A stretch of DNA of 11,327 nt from Deltaproteobacteria bacterium (GTDB taxonomy: Bacteria > Myxococcota_A > UBA9160 > SMWR01): positions 1-11,327 of the forward strand of contig JAQBHB010000095.1 in NCBI GenBank assembly GCA_032128115.1. The letters are read 5' to 3'. Each line of letters starts with the position of its first letter. Position 1 is the first letter of the stretch. Both the position numbers and the translations under genes were made by a program. This document shows positions 1-7,762 of this stretch, in pieces. The notes beneath the pieces were generated by a model. It worked only from the letters and a program-made list of their open reading frames with translations. It was not told the DNA's origin and did no database searches.

Positions 1-89
1 CGATTTCTGTCGTTTCCCCGCGGGGCGGGGGAATTCGCCCGGTACACCCTCGGTCGCGACGAGTTCGAGCGTGGGGTAGCCTGCGCCAG

Positions 90-1280
90 ATGGACTCCCA
101 GGGGGAGGGCGGCGGCGCCTCCAGGCCCAAACGCGCGGATCGCATCCAGATCGAGGACGCCTCGGGTCGCCGCCCGTTCATGCGCGGCATCATGGTCCAC
201 TCGCTGATGGCTCGCGGTGTGCCGTTCGACGACGCCTACCGCACGGCCGCCGAAGTGGCAAAGCGCATCGGGGGCCGGCGCCTGGTGCCCCGGGAGGAAC
301 TGGGCAAGACGATCCAGGAGATCCTGGGGGATATTCCGCCTCGAGAGGACCGTCCGGCTGCGCTTCCGGTGAGCATCCTGGTCACGGGGCACGGTCAGGA
401 GCTGCCCTTCTCCAAGGGCATCCTGAGTCAGTCGCTGCTGGCGACGGCCCTCGACCCCAACGACGCATTCGATGTGGCCCGTCAGATCGAAGGGGAGCTG
501 ATCTCCCGACGCATCCAGAACATCGACCGCCGCGAGTTGCGAAGACTGGCCTACCAGACGATCGCCCGCGAGGTGGGAGACCAGACCGCCGACCGGTACC
601 TGGTGTGGCGCCGTTTCCAGCAAGGCGAACGGCCCGTGATCATCCTCCTGGGGGGCGCGGCGGGCGTGGGCAAGACGTCGTTGGCCCTCGAGGTGGCCCA
701 CCGCCTGGGCATCGGCCGGGTGCTCTCGACCGATTCGATCCGCCAGATCATGCGCCTGATGCTGTCACCCGAGCTGGTGCCGGCGATCCACGGCTCCTCC
801 TACGACGGGCATCGGCTCCTGGGACTGGACGCCCGGACCGAGAATCCGGTGGTGGAGGGCTTCCGGGCCCAGGCCGCCAGCGTGGGGGTGGGGCTTCGCG
901 GGTCCATGGATCGAGCCGTGGAAGAGAACGCCAGCATGGTGCTCGACGGGGTCTCGATCGTGCCCGGCATGATCGATCTTGCGGCCTACGAGGAGCTGGC
1001 CCACGTGATCTTCCTGGTGGTCGCCACCCTGGACGAGGAGGCTTTCGCCAAGCGCTTCGCCGCGCGAGCTGCCCGCGAGAAGCGTCGCGGCGTCCATCGT
1101 TATCTGGAAAACCTCGACTCCATCCTCAAGATCCAGGACTATTTCCTCGACGCTGCGGAGCGCTCGAGCGTCCCGATCGTCGACAACGTTTCCTTCGATC
1201 GTTCGGTGCTGCAGATCATTCGCTACGTGACCGAGACGCTGCGCAAGCGCGGAGACCTCCATGGGGACGAGTCGCGATGA
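90..1280 (+). CDS. ATP-cone-containing 2-phosphoglycerate kinase-like P-loop kinase (two N-terminal ATP-cone-like repeats)
   Basis: Two similar N-terminal segments (RPFMRGIMVHSL...DDAYRTAAEV and LPFSKGILSQSL...NDAFDVARQI). P-loop IILLGGAAGVGKTS at 651-677, followed by LAxRLGI-like AHRLGIGRVLSTDSIRQIMR, IHGSSY, RYLENLDSILKIQDY and VPIVDN, all typical of the 2-phosphoglycerate kinase family. Confidence 0.82.
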   Translation: MDSQGEGGGASRPKRADRIQIEDASGRRPFMRGIMVHSLMARGVPFDDAYRTAAEVAKRIGGRRLVPREELGKTIQEILGDIPPREDRPAALPVSILVTGHGQELPFSKGILSQSLLATALDPNDAFDVARQIEGELISRRIQNIDRRELRRLAYQTIAREVGDQTADRYLVWRRFQQGERPVIILLGGAAGVGKTSLALEVAHRLGIGRVLSTDSIRQIMRLMLSPELVPAIHGSSYDGHRLLGLDARTENPVVEGFRAQAASVGVGLRGSMDRAVEENASMVLDGVSIVPGMIDLAAYEELAHVIFLVVATLDEEAFAKRFAARAAREKRRGVHRYLENLDSILKIQDYFLDAAERSSVPIVDNVSFDRSVLQIIRYVTETLRKRGDLHGDESR

Positions 1281-2727
1281 GGGGGCTCTGAACCCCGAGC
1301 CGAGGACGGCCGTACCGGCGCCGTGCACCCTGGGGGAGCTGCGAAAGACCGGGTACAGGCCCCGCAGCGTCCGGGAAGAACTCCGGGCGAATCTCCTGGT
1401 CCGGCTCCGCTCGGGCAAGCCCATCTTCGAGGGCATCGTCGGCTACGAAGACACGGTGATCCCGGCCGTCGAGAACGCGCTCCTGTGCGGTCACGATCTG
1501 ATCTTTCTGGGAGAGCGGGGTCAGGCCAAGTCGCGGATGATCCGCGCCCTGGCCGACCTGCTGGACGAGTGGATCCCGTGCGTCGCCGGCAGCGAGATCC
1601 AGGACGATCCCCTGGAGCCCATTTCCGCGGGCGCGCGTGCCCGCGTGGAGGAGGCCGGCGACGACTGTGAGATCCAGTGGGTGCACCGCAGCCAGCGCTA
1701 TGTGGAAAAGCTGGCCACGCCGGATGTCTCCATCGCGGACCTGATCGGCGACGTGGACCCGGTGAAGGTCGCACAGGGGCGGTCGCTGGGAGACGAGCTC
1801 ACCATCCACTTCGGTCTGGTGCCGCGCACGAACCGCGGGATCTTCTGCATCAACGAGCTGCCGGATCTGACGGAAAAGGTGCAGGTGGGACTGTTCAATG
1901 TGATGGAGGAGCGCGACATCCAGGTCAAGGGCTACCGGGTGCGCCTGCCCATCGACGTGTTCGTGGTGGCCAGCGCCAACCCGGAGGACTACACCAGCCG
2001 GGGTCGCATCATCACGCCCCTCAAGGACCGCTACAAGGCCCAGATCCGCACCCACTATCCGCCCACCCGCGACCTGGAGCTGGCCATCGTGCGCCAGGAG
2101 GCGAACCCGCCCGCTGCCGAGGGTATTTCGGTGGTCGTGCCGGCCTTCATGGAGGACGTGGTGGGCGAGGTTACGTTCCAGGCGCGGTGCAGTCCCGACG
2201 TGAACCAGGCGTCCGGCGTGTCGGTTCGCATGTCCATCGCCAATTACGAGACGTTGCTCGCCAACGCCGTGCGCCGCGCTCTGCGCCGCGGCGAGGACGA
2301 GGCCGTGCCGCGGGTCTCGGATCTGGAGTCGCTGCAGGCCTCGACCGCCGGAAAGCTCGAGTTGGAGTACGCCGGCGCCGACCGCAACGAGGCCGCGATC
2401 ACCCGGGACCTGATCCGCCGCGCCACCCGGCACGTCTTCGACGAGGTGGCGGCCCGGACCGGCCTGGCCGACGGCGATCTGGACCGGGTGGTGGAGGCCT
2501 TCGAGCAGGGCTGGAAGGTGGAGGTGTCCGACTCGATGCCGGCGCGGGAATACCTGGCCGGGCTCGAGGAGATCAGCGGCCTGCGCGAGGCGGCCGTCCG
2601 GCTGGCCGGTGGCGACTCGCCGGCGCGGATCGCCTCGGCCGTAGAGTTCATCCTCGAAGGACTGCACCTGAAAAACCGCCTGAACAAGACAGCGCGCGCT
2701 CAGGGTGCCCTCTACGCGCGAGCGTGA
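1261..2727 (+). CDS. AAA+ ATPase, magnesium chelatase ChlI-related / Rv0958-like family
   Basis: TLGELRKTGYRPRSVREELRANL N-terminus, variant Walker A GERGQAKS (1510-1533), EKLATPD, variant Walker B IFCINE (ends 1857), sensor ASANPEDY and LKDR arginine finger. GGAG at 1251-1254 precedes ATG 1261. Overlaps the upstream gene by 20 nt. Confidence 0.87.
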   Translation: MGTSRDEGALNPEPRTAVPAPCTLGELRKTGYRPRSVREELRANLLVRLRSGKPIFEGIVGYEDTVIPAVENALLCGHDLIFLGERGQAKSRMIRALADLLDEWIPCVAGSEIQDDPLEPISAGARARVEEAGDDCEIQWVHRSQRYVEKLATPDVSIADLIGDVDPVKVAQGRSLGDELTIHFGLVPRTNRGIFCINELPDLTEKVQVGLFNVMEERDIQVKGYRVRLPIDVFVVASANPEDYTSRGRIITPLKDRYKAQIRTHYPPTRDLELAIVRQEANPPAAEGISVVVPAFMEDVVGEVTFQARCSPDVNQASGVSVRMSIANYETLLANAVRRALRRGEDEAVPRVSDLESLQASTAGKLELEYAGADRNEAAITRDLIRRATRHVFDEVAARTGLADGDLDRVVEAFEQGWKVEVSDSMPAREYLAGLEEISGLREAAVRLAGGDSPARIASAVEFILEGLHLKNRLNKTARAQGALYARA

Positions 2728-4331
2728 GGTCCTTCCTCTACAGCCGCTGGGACGGCTCGCAGGAGTCGTTTTCGCTGGAAGTCCTGCGCACACTCGACGC
2801 CCTCTCGGATCTCATGATGGAGGGGCTCGACGCCGCCGAGTCCCTGGAGTGGATGCGCCGTCACGGCTTCGAGATGGCGGGTCTCGACATGCGGGTCATG
2901 GGTCTCGAAGAGTTCCTGGAGGAGCTGCGCGACGAGACCGGGTCGCTCTACCAGCGCTACCGCATGGACGAGGCCACCGTCGAGCTGCGCCAGCGGCTGG
3001 ATCGGATCCTCGAGCGGGAGTTCGAGACCCTGCGAGCGGAGCGTGGCTACGAGTCACAAGGCATGAACGACTTCCTGGGGCGCCGCCACGCCGACGCGGC
3101 GAGCCTGACCCAGGCCATCGAACACTTCCGCGATTACGAGTTCGAAGACGAGCAGGCGGGCGAGGAGTTCGCGGAGTTGTTGGCGGAGTTGGATCGCCTG
3201 CGCACTCTGGAGGACTTCCTGCAGCGGCGGGGAGCGCGCTTCCAGGGCCAGGAGTCGGCCGACTACGAGACGGCCCAACAGGTGCGAGAACGGATCGAGG
3301 CCCTGGAACAGCTGGCCCGCGCCCTGGCAGAGGGCAACCTCGAGTCGATCTCCCCCGACCAGCTGCGCGAACTCCTGGGCGACGAGGCCGCCCGTTCGTT
3401 CGTGCTGTTGCGAGACCTGGAATCGAACCTCGAGGAAGCCGGCTACCTGCGCGGGAGCGGCGCCCCCGAGCTCACGCCGCGCGCAATCCGGCGCATCGGC
3501 TCCCAGGCGCTGGCGGAAGTCTACGGCGACCTGCGCAAGGACCGGGCCGGCGGACACGACGTGGACGTGCGAGGCGCTGCCCTGCCGCGCGCCGACGAGA
3601 CGCGTCCCTTCGAGCTCGGGGATCCGCTCGATCTCGATGTGGTCCGCACGCTGCTCAACAGTTTGCGCCGCAACGGCGGTGGCATTCCGTTCCAGCTCGA
3701 GGTCCAGGACTTCGAGCTGCGCGAGCGCGATTTCGCCACCCAGACCACAACCGTACTGCTGCTGGACATGAGCTGGTCCATGTCGTGGGCGGGGCGTTTC
3801 CCCGCGGCCAAACGCGTGGCGCTTGCCCTGGACCACATGATTCGCACGCGCTTCCCCCGCGACGCGTTCTTCGTGGTGGGCTTCTCCACCCGTGCGCGCC
3901 GGCTCGAGATCCGGGATCTGCCCGAAGCGCGCTGGGACATGGGGGACCCCTTCACCAACCTGCAGGATGGCCTGCGGGTCGCCGAGCGGCTGATCGCCCG
4001 GCACCCGAGCGCGAGCCCCCAGGTGCTCGTGATCACCGACGGCCAACCCACGGCGTACTTCGACGACGAGCAGCTGCGCGTGGAGTGGCCCATGGGATAC
4101 GGCGGCGTCTCGCCTCACGCAGTTGCGGCCACCATGAAGCAGGTGCGCCGCATCACGCGACTGGGAATCACCATCAACACGTTCATGCTCGACGACGCGC
4201 CGGAACTGGTGGGGTTCGTCGAGCGCATGACCCAGATCAATCGAGGGCGGGCCCTCTACAGCCATCCGTCGCAGCTGGGTGCGTACGTGATGGTCGACTA
4301 CCTGCGCGGTCGTCGGAAACGCCAATCCTGA
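2724..4331 (+). CDS. VWA (von Willebrand A) domain protein, Rv0959-like partner of the AAA+ ATPase (535 aa)
   Basis: Probable start is GTG 2724 in a GTGA overlap with the ATPase stop (MRSFLYSRWDGSQ, family-like YSRWDG). Acidic helical N-terminal half. MIDAS elements DMSWS (3765-3779), FTNLQDGL and ITDGQPT. The ORF-track extension to 1677 is out-of-frame overlap. Confidence 0.85.
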   Translation: MRSFLYSRWDGSQESFSLEVLRTLDALSDLMMEGLDAAESLEWMRRHGFEMAGLDMRVMGLEEFLEELRDETGSLYQRYRMDEATVELRQRLDRILEREFETLRAERGYESQGMNDFLGRRHADAASLTQAIEHFRDYEFEDEQAGEEFAELLAELDRLRTLEDFLQRRGARFQGQESADYETAQQVRERIEALEQLARALAEGNLESISPDQLRELLGDEAARSFVLLRDLESNLEEAGYLRGSGAPELTPRAIRRIGSQALAEVYGDLRKDRAGGHDVDVRGAALPRADETRPFELGDPLDLDVVRTLLNSLRRNGGGIPFQLEVQDFELRERDFATQTTTVLLLDMSWSMSWAGRFPAAKRVALALDHMIRTRFPRDAFFVVGFSTRARRLEIRDLPEARWDMGDPFTNLQDGLRVAERLIARHPSASPQVLVITDGQPTAYFDDEQLRVEWPMGYGGVSPHAVAATMKQVRRITRLGITINTFMLDDAPELVGFVERMTQINRGRALYSHPSQLGAYVMVDYLRGRRKRQS

Positions 4332-5992
4332 TGCAGCAACCGGGTCGAATCGTTCGCCGCGTCGCTGGCAACGCGGCGCGGGCCGCGCGGCGGCTGGCGG
4401 CGCAGCTGGCGCTTCCCCGGCGCGGCGGTTTCTGGGTGGTGGTACGCCTGACCGAGCCGCTGGAGGACCTGCCGGCGCCGCCCCTGCCCTGGACCGGCAA
4501 CCGGAGCGTGGGCATGCTCGATGTGCTCGAGACCCTCTCGGCGGTGGCGACGGACCCCCGCGTTGCCGGTGTGCTGCTGCGCCTGGGAAGCGCCCCCCTG
4601 GGCTTCAGCCGGGCGCTTTCGCTGCACCGCGCCGTCGACGAGCTTCGCCGCAGCGGGAAGCCCGTGGTTGCCTACGCGGAGATCCTCTCCAACGAGGGCA
4701 TGCTGGTGGCGAGCGCCGCCGACAAGTTGTGGCTTCCCGAGACCGGCCAGATCTTCCTGGTAGGGCTCCGCCTGGAGGGCCTGTTCCTGCGCGGCCTGCT
4801 CGAGCATCTGGACGTGAAGCCCGAGGTGGTTCGGGTCGGCGACTACAAGACTGCGGGCGAGCACTTCACGCGCGACGCCATGTCCGACGCCGAACGCGAG
4901 CAGATGGAGCGACTGGCGGACGATCTCTTCGAGGTGCTGGTGAGCGGGATCGCGGCGGGCCGCGGCCTTTCGACCGCGGCGGTGCGCGATCGGATCGATC
5001 GCGGTCCGTACCCCGGGCGCGCCGCCGTGGACGCCGGCCTGGCCGATGGCTGTCGGTATCCCGACGAGCTGGATGCCGAGCTCGAGAGCCTGAGCGCGGT
5101 ACGGCTCGCGAATCCCCCATCGCCCGGCGCAGACTCCGCCGCCCCTGCGGCGCCCCGGGTTCCGCTGGTGGAGGGCTCCGTGTACCGGGCTTTGCGCGGG
5201 CGCGATTCGGGCTGGTGGCCCCTGCTCGCCCCGATTCCCCGGGTCGTCTACCTGGTGGCGCGGGGCGCCATCCACCGGGGCGCAGGCTCCCGCGGCATCG
5301 CGTGCGACACGTTCCGCGAGCTGCTCGAGCGGATCCGCCGCGACGAAGACGTTCGCGCCCTGGTCCTGCGACTGGACAGCCCCGGCGGCGACGCCATCGC
5401 GTCGGATCTGCTGTGGCGGTCGGTTTCCCTGGTGCAGCAGGTGAAACCGGTGGTGGTGACCATGGGAGACGTGGTCGCCTCGGGGGGCTACTACATCGCA
5501 ACGGCGGCGGACGCGGTGTTCGCCGAGGCGGGCACACTGACGGGATCCATTGGCGTGGTGGGCGGCAAACTGAATCTCGAGGGCCTCTACGATCGCGTCG
5601 GGGTGAAAAAGGACGCAGTCGAGCGGGGCGCCCGGGCGGGCCTGCTCTCGGAGACTCGCGGCTTCACCAGTGGCGAGCGCGATGCGCTGCGGGTGGGCAT
5701 GTCTGCCGTCTACGACGCCTTCCTGGATCGCGTGTCGCGAGGGCGCGGGATCTCGGGTCGCGAGCTGGATCAGGTGGCCGGGGGGCGCGTGTGGAGTGGC
5801 GAGCGGGCGCGCAGCCTCGGGCTGGTGGACGCCATCGGGGGACCGCTGGAGGCCCTGCGGGAGGCGCGGCGCCGGGCCGGGATCGCCGAGCCCGAACGCG
5901 TGATCGTGGACCTGCTGCCGCGGACACTCCGGCTCCCCGACCTTCGCTCGCTGCTGCGGCTGGCTCCCGGGAGCGTGGGGACGCTGCCGTGA
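4331..5992 (+). CDS. sppA: Signal peptide peptidase SppA / protease IV (peptidase S49, two-domain long type, 553 aa)
   Basis: ATG 4331 in a TGATG overlap with the VWA stop. SGKPVVAY, catalytic Lys motif GDYKTAGE (K at 4847-4849), LRLDSPGG, catalytic Ser motif MGDVVASGGYY (S at 5480-5482), TLTGSIGV, GGRVWSG and GLVDAIGG. The exact start is somewhat uncertain. Confidence 0.9.
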   Translation: MQQPGRIVRRVAGNAARAARRLAAQLALPRRGGFWVVVRLTEPLEDLPAPPLPWTGNRSVGMLDVLETLSAVATDPRVAGVLLRLGSAPLGFSRALSLHRAVDELRRSGKPVVAYAEILSNEGMLVASAADKLWLPETGQIFLVGLRLEGLFLRGLLEHLDVKPEVVRVGDYKTAGEHFTRDAMSDAEREQMERLADDLFEVLVSGIAAGRGLSTAAVRDRIDRGPYPGRAAVDAGLADGCRYPDELDAELESLSAVRLANPPSPGADSAAPAAPRVPLVEGSVYRALRGRDSGWWPLLAPIPRVVYLVARGAIHRGAGSRGIACDTFRELLERIRRDEDVRALVLRLDSPGGDAIASDLLWRSVSLVQQVKPVVVTMGDVVASGGYYIATAADAVFAEAGTLTGSIGVVGGKLNLEGLYDRVGVKKDAVERGARAGLLSETRGFTSGERDALRVGMSAVYDAFLDRVSRGRGISGRELDQVAGGRVWSGERARSLGLVDAIGGPLEALREARRRAGIAEPERVIVDLLPRTLRLPDLRSLLRLAPGSVGTLP

Positions 5993-6636
5993 GCCGCCGC
6001 CTGCAATACGACATCCCGGGAGAAGACTGGCGCGTCGACTTCGACGCCGCCTGCGAAATCGTGGGGGCGCGGGGCTGGACCGCCCTGTTCCAGGGGGGCG
6101 AGGCGCCCAAGCGACTGATCGTCGACCTGGGCTTCGGCCGCGGTGAGTTCGTGGCCGACCTGGCCCAGAAGGAGCCTGACACGGGCTTCCTGGGGGTCGA
6201 GCGCTCCTTCAAGCGCGTGCTTAAACTGTCGCGCCGGCTGGCGCGCACGCAAACGCGCAACCTGCGCCTGATCGAGGCGACCGCCGAGCGCGTGGTGGCC
6301 GAGCTGTTGCCTCCGGACTCGGTCGCCCAGTTCTGGATCAACTTCCCGGATCCCTGGCCGAAGAAGCGCCACCTCCGCAGGCGATTGGTGGCCCCCGCGT
6401 TCGTCGCGGCCCTGGCGTCGCGACTCGAGGCGGGCGGCACCCTGAACGTGGCGACGGATCACACGCAGTACGCCGCTGCCATCGACGAAATCCTGGCAGG
6501 GGAGCTGTCCCTGGAAAACGTCTTCGCACCCGATCGGTTTCGGGCCCAGGTGCCCGGCCGCACCCCCACCGCCTATGAGCTGGAGTGGCGTGCCGAGGGA
6601 CGCCCCATGCACTTCTTCAGCTACCGTCGCCGCTGA
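5989..6636 (+). CDS. trmB: tRNA (guanine-N7)-methyltransferase TrmB (215 aa)
   Basis: GTG 5989 in a GTGA overlap with the sppA stop. SAM motif DLGFGRGEF, FLGVE, signature NFPDPWPKKRHLRRRL, VATD and TAYE. Confidence 0.92.
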   Translation: MSRRLQYDIPGEDWRVDFDAACEIVGARGWTALFQGGEAPKRLIVDLGFGRGEFVADLAQKEPDTGFLGVERSFKRVLKLSRRLARTQTRNLRLIEATAERVVAELLPPDSVAQFWINFPDPWPKKRHLRRRLVAPAFVAALASRLEAGGTLNVATDHTQYAAAIDEILAGELSLENVFAPDRFRAQVPGRTPTAYELEWRAEGRPMHFFSYRRR

Positions 6637-6658
6637 CCCGGAATCCGAGACCGAACCC

Positions 6659-7750
6659 ATGCAGCTCCGCCCCAATCTCAAGGACCACTCGATCGAGGCC
6701 TTGCGCAGCCGCCTGGCCCGCGACGGGCTCGAGCCCTACCGGGCCGAACAGATCGCGGGCTGGCTGTACCGGCGCGGCATCGACGACCCGGCGCTCATGA
6801 CCGATCTGGGCAAGGACGTGCGCTCCCATCTATCGGACCACTGGGAGACCCGTGCCCTGGAGATCCTCCAGCTGGCGCACTCCGTGGACGGCACCGTCAA
6901 GGCGCTGCTCGTCGCCCGGGACGGGGCGCAGATCGAAACGGTCGTGATCCCCGAAGAGAATCGCACAACCCTGTGTCTCTCGACCCAGGTGGGATGCCCT
7001 CTGGCGTGCAGCTTCTGCGCCACCGGCGCGTTCGGGTTCCGGCGCAACCTGACCACGGCGGAGATCGTGGATCAGGTCTGTCGCATGGCCGAGGTGATCG
7101 GCCGCAACCGCGAGATCACGAACGTGGTCTTCATGGGGATGGGAGAGCCGCTGCTCAATTTCGCGGCCGTGACCGAGACGATCCGGTTGCTGACTCATCC
7201 CAAGGCCTTCGGGCTGGCGCCGCGTCGGGTCACCGTGTCGACCGTCGGGGTGCTGCCCCAGATCGCTCCGCTCCTCGCGTCCGCCCCGGTGAACCTGGCC
7301 GTGTCGCTCCACGCCACTACCGACGCGGTTCGCGACCGGCTGGTGCCCCTCAACCGGCGCTTCCCGCTGGATGCGCTCCTGCGCACGCTCGCCGAGAACC
7401 CGCGGATCACGGCGCGGCGGCCCGTCTTCTTCGAGTACACCCTGATCGAAGGAATCAACGATTCGCGTGAAGACGCCCGACGCCTGGCGCGTCTGGTGCG
7501 GCGCGTTCCTTCCAAGGTGAACCTGATTCCCATGAACGCCCATCCGGATTCGCCCTTTGCGCGGCCTTCCGAAGCCGTGATCGACGCCTTCCTGCGCGAG
7601 CTGGCCGGGGCCGGAACCACGGTGACCCTGCGCCGGAGCCGGGGCCCGGACATCGATGCTGCCTGCGGCCAGCTGGCGTTGCGGGGCGCGGCGGGCGTCT
7701 CCGGTGAGCCCATCAAGTTGCCGGCCCGAGAGGCCGAATATTCGTTCTAG
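6659..7750 (+). CDS. rlmN: Radical SAM dual-specificity rRNA/tRNA C2 methyltransferase RlmN (363 aa)
   Basis: Probable start ATG 6659, 22 nt after the trmB stop. YRAEQIAGWLY, SVDGTVK, TLCLSTQVGCPLACSFCATG (CxxxCxxC plus upstream Cys), NVVFMGMGEPLLN, LAVSLHA, EYTLIEGINDS and DIDAACGQL. Confidence 0.95.
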   Translation: MQLRPNLKDHSIEALRSRLARDGLEPYRAEQIAGWLYRRGIDDPALMTDLGKDVRSHLSDHWETRALEILQLAHSVDGTVKALLVARDGAQIETVVIPEENRTTLCLSTQVGCPLACSFCATGAFGFRRNLTTAEIVDQVCRMAEVIGRNREITNVVFMGMGEPLLNFAAVTETIRLLTHPKAFGLAPRRVTVSTVGVLPQIAPLLASAPVNLAVSLHATTDAVRDRLVPLNRRFPLDALLRTLAENPRITARRPVFFEYTLIEGINDSREDARRLARLVRRVPSKVNLIPMNAHPDSPFARPSEAVIDAFLRELAGAGTTVTLRRSRGPDIDAACGQLALRGAAGVSGEPIKLPAREAEYSF

Positions 7751-7762
7751 GGGTCCTGAACC

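Noticed and set aside
9..41. Resemblance of GTTTCCCCGCGGGGCGGGGGAATTCGCCCG to a type I-E CRISPR repeat
   Set aside because: Single copy, no regularly spaced second repeat, no cas genes in the window and an imperfect match. An array ending just upstream of base 1 cannot be excluded.
41..50. GGTACACCCT as a possible -10 promoter element
   Set aside because: Weak match with no recognisable -35 element at the proper spacing.
2670..2676. G_AAA_AAC near the ATPase end as a possible -1 frameshift producing a ChlD-like AAA-VWA fusion
   Set aside because: Not a canonical X_XXY_YYZ heptamer, no convincing stimulatory structure seen, and the GTGA overlap already explains VWA expression.
1216..2793. 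525-aa antisense ORF, and similar ones at 3054-4325, 4298-5275, 6830-8326 and 9066-9971
   Set aside because: Shadow ORFs opposite well-supported genes, expected at this GC content, with no recognisable motifs.
1677..5988. Very long upstream extensions of the VWA, SppA and TrmB ORFs in the track (1677, 2705, 4729), suggesting overlapping genes or fusions
   Set aside because: Each lies in the -1 frame of the preceding gene, where high GC at third codon positions makes stop codons rare. The translations are Arg/Gly/Pro/Ala-rich with no motifs, and clean GTGA/TGATG coupled starts exist.
6659..7750. Cfr-type antibiotic resistance methyltransferase
   Set aside because: Motifs and housekeeping context fit RlmN and no mobile element is nearby. 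A phylogenetic tree would be needed for formal exclusion.
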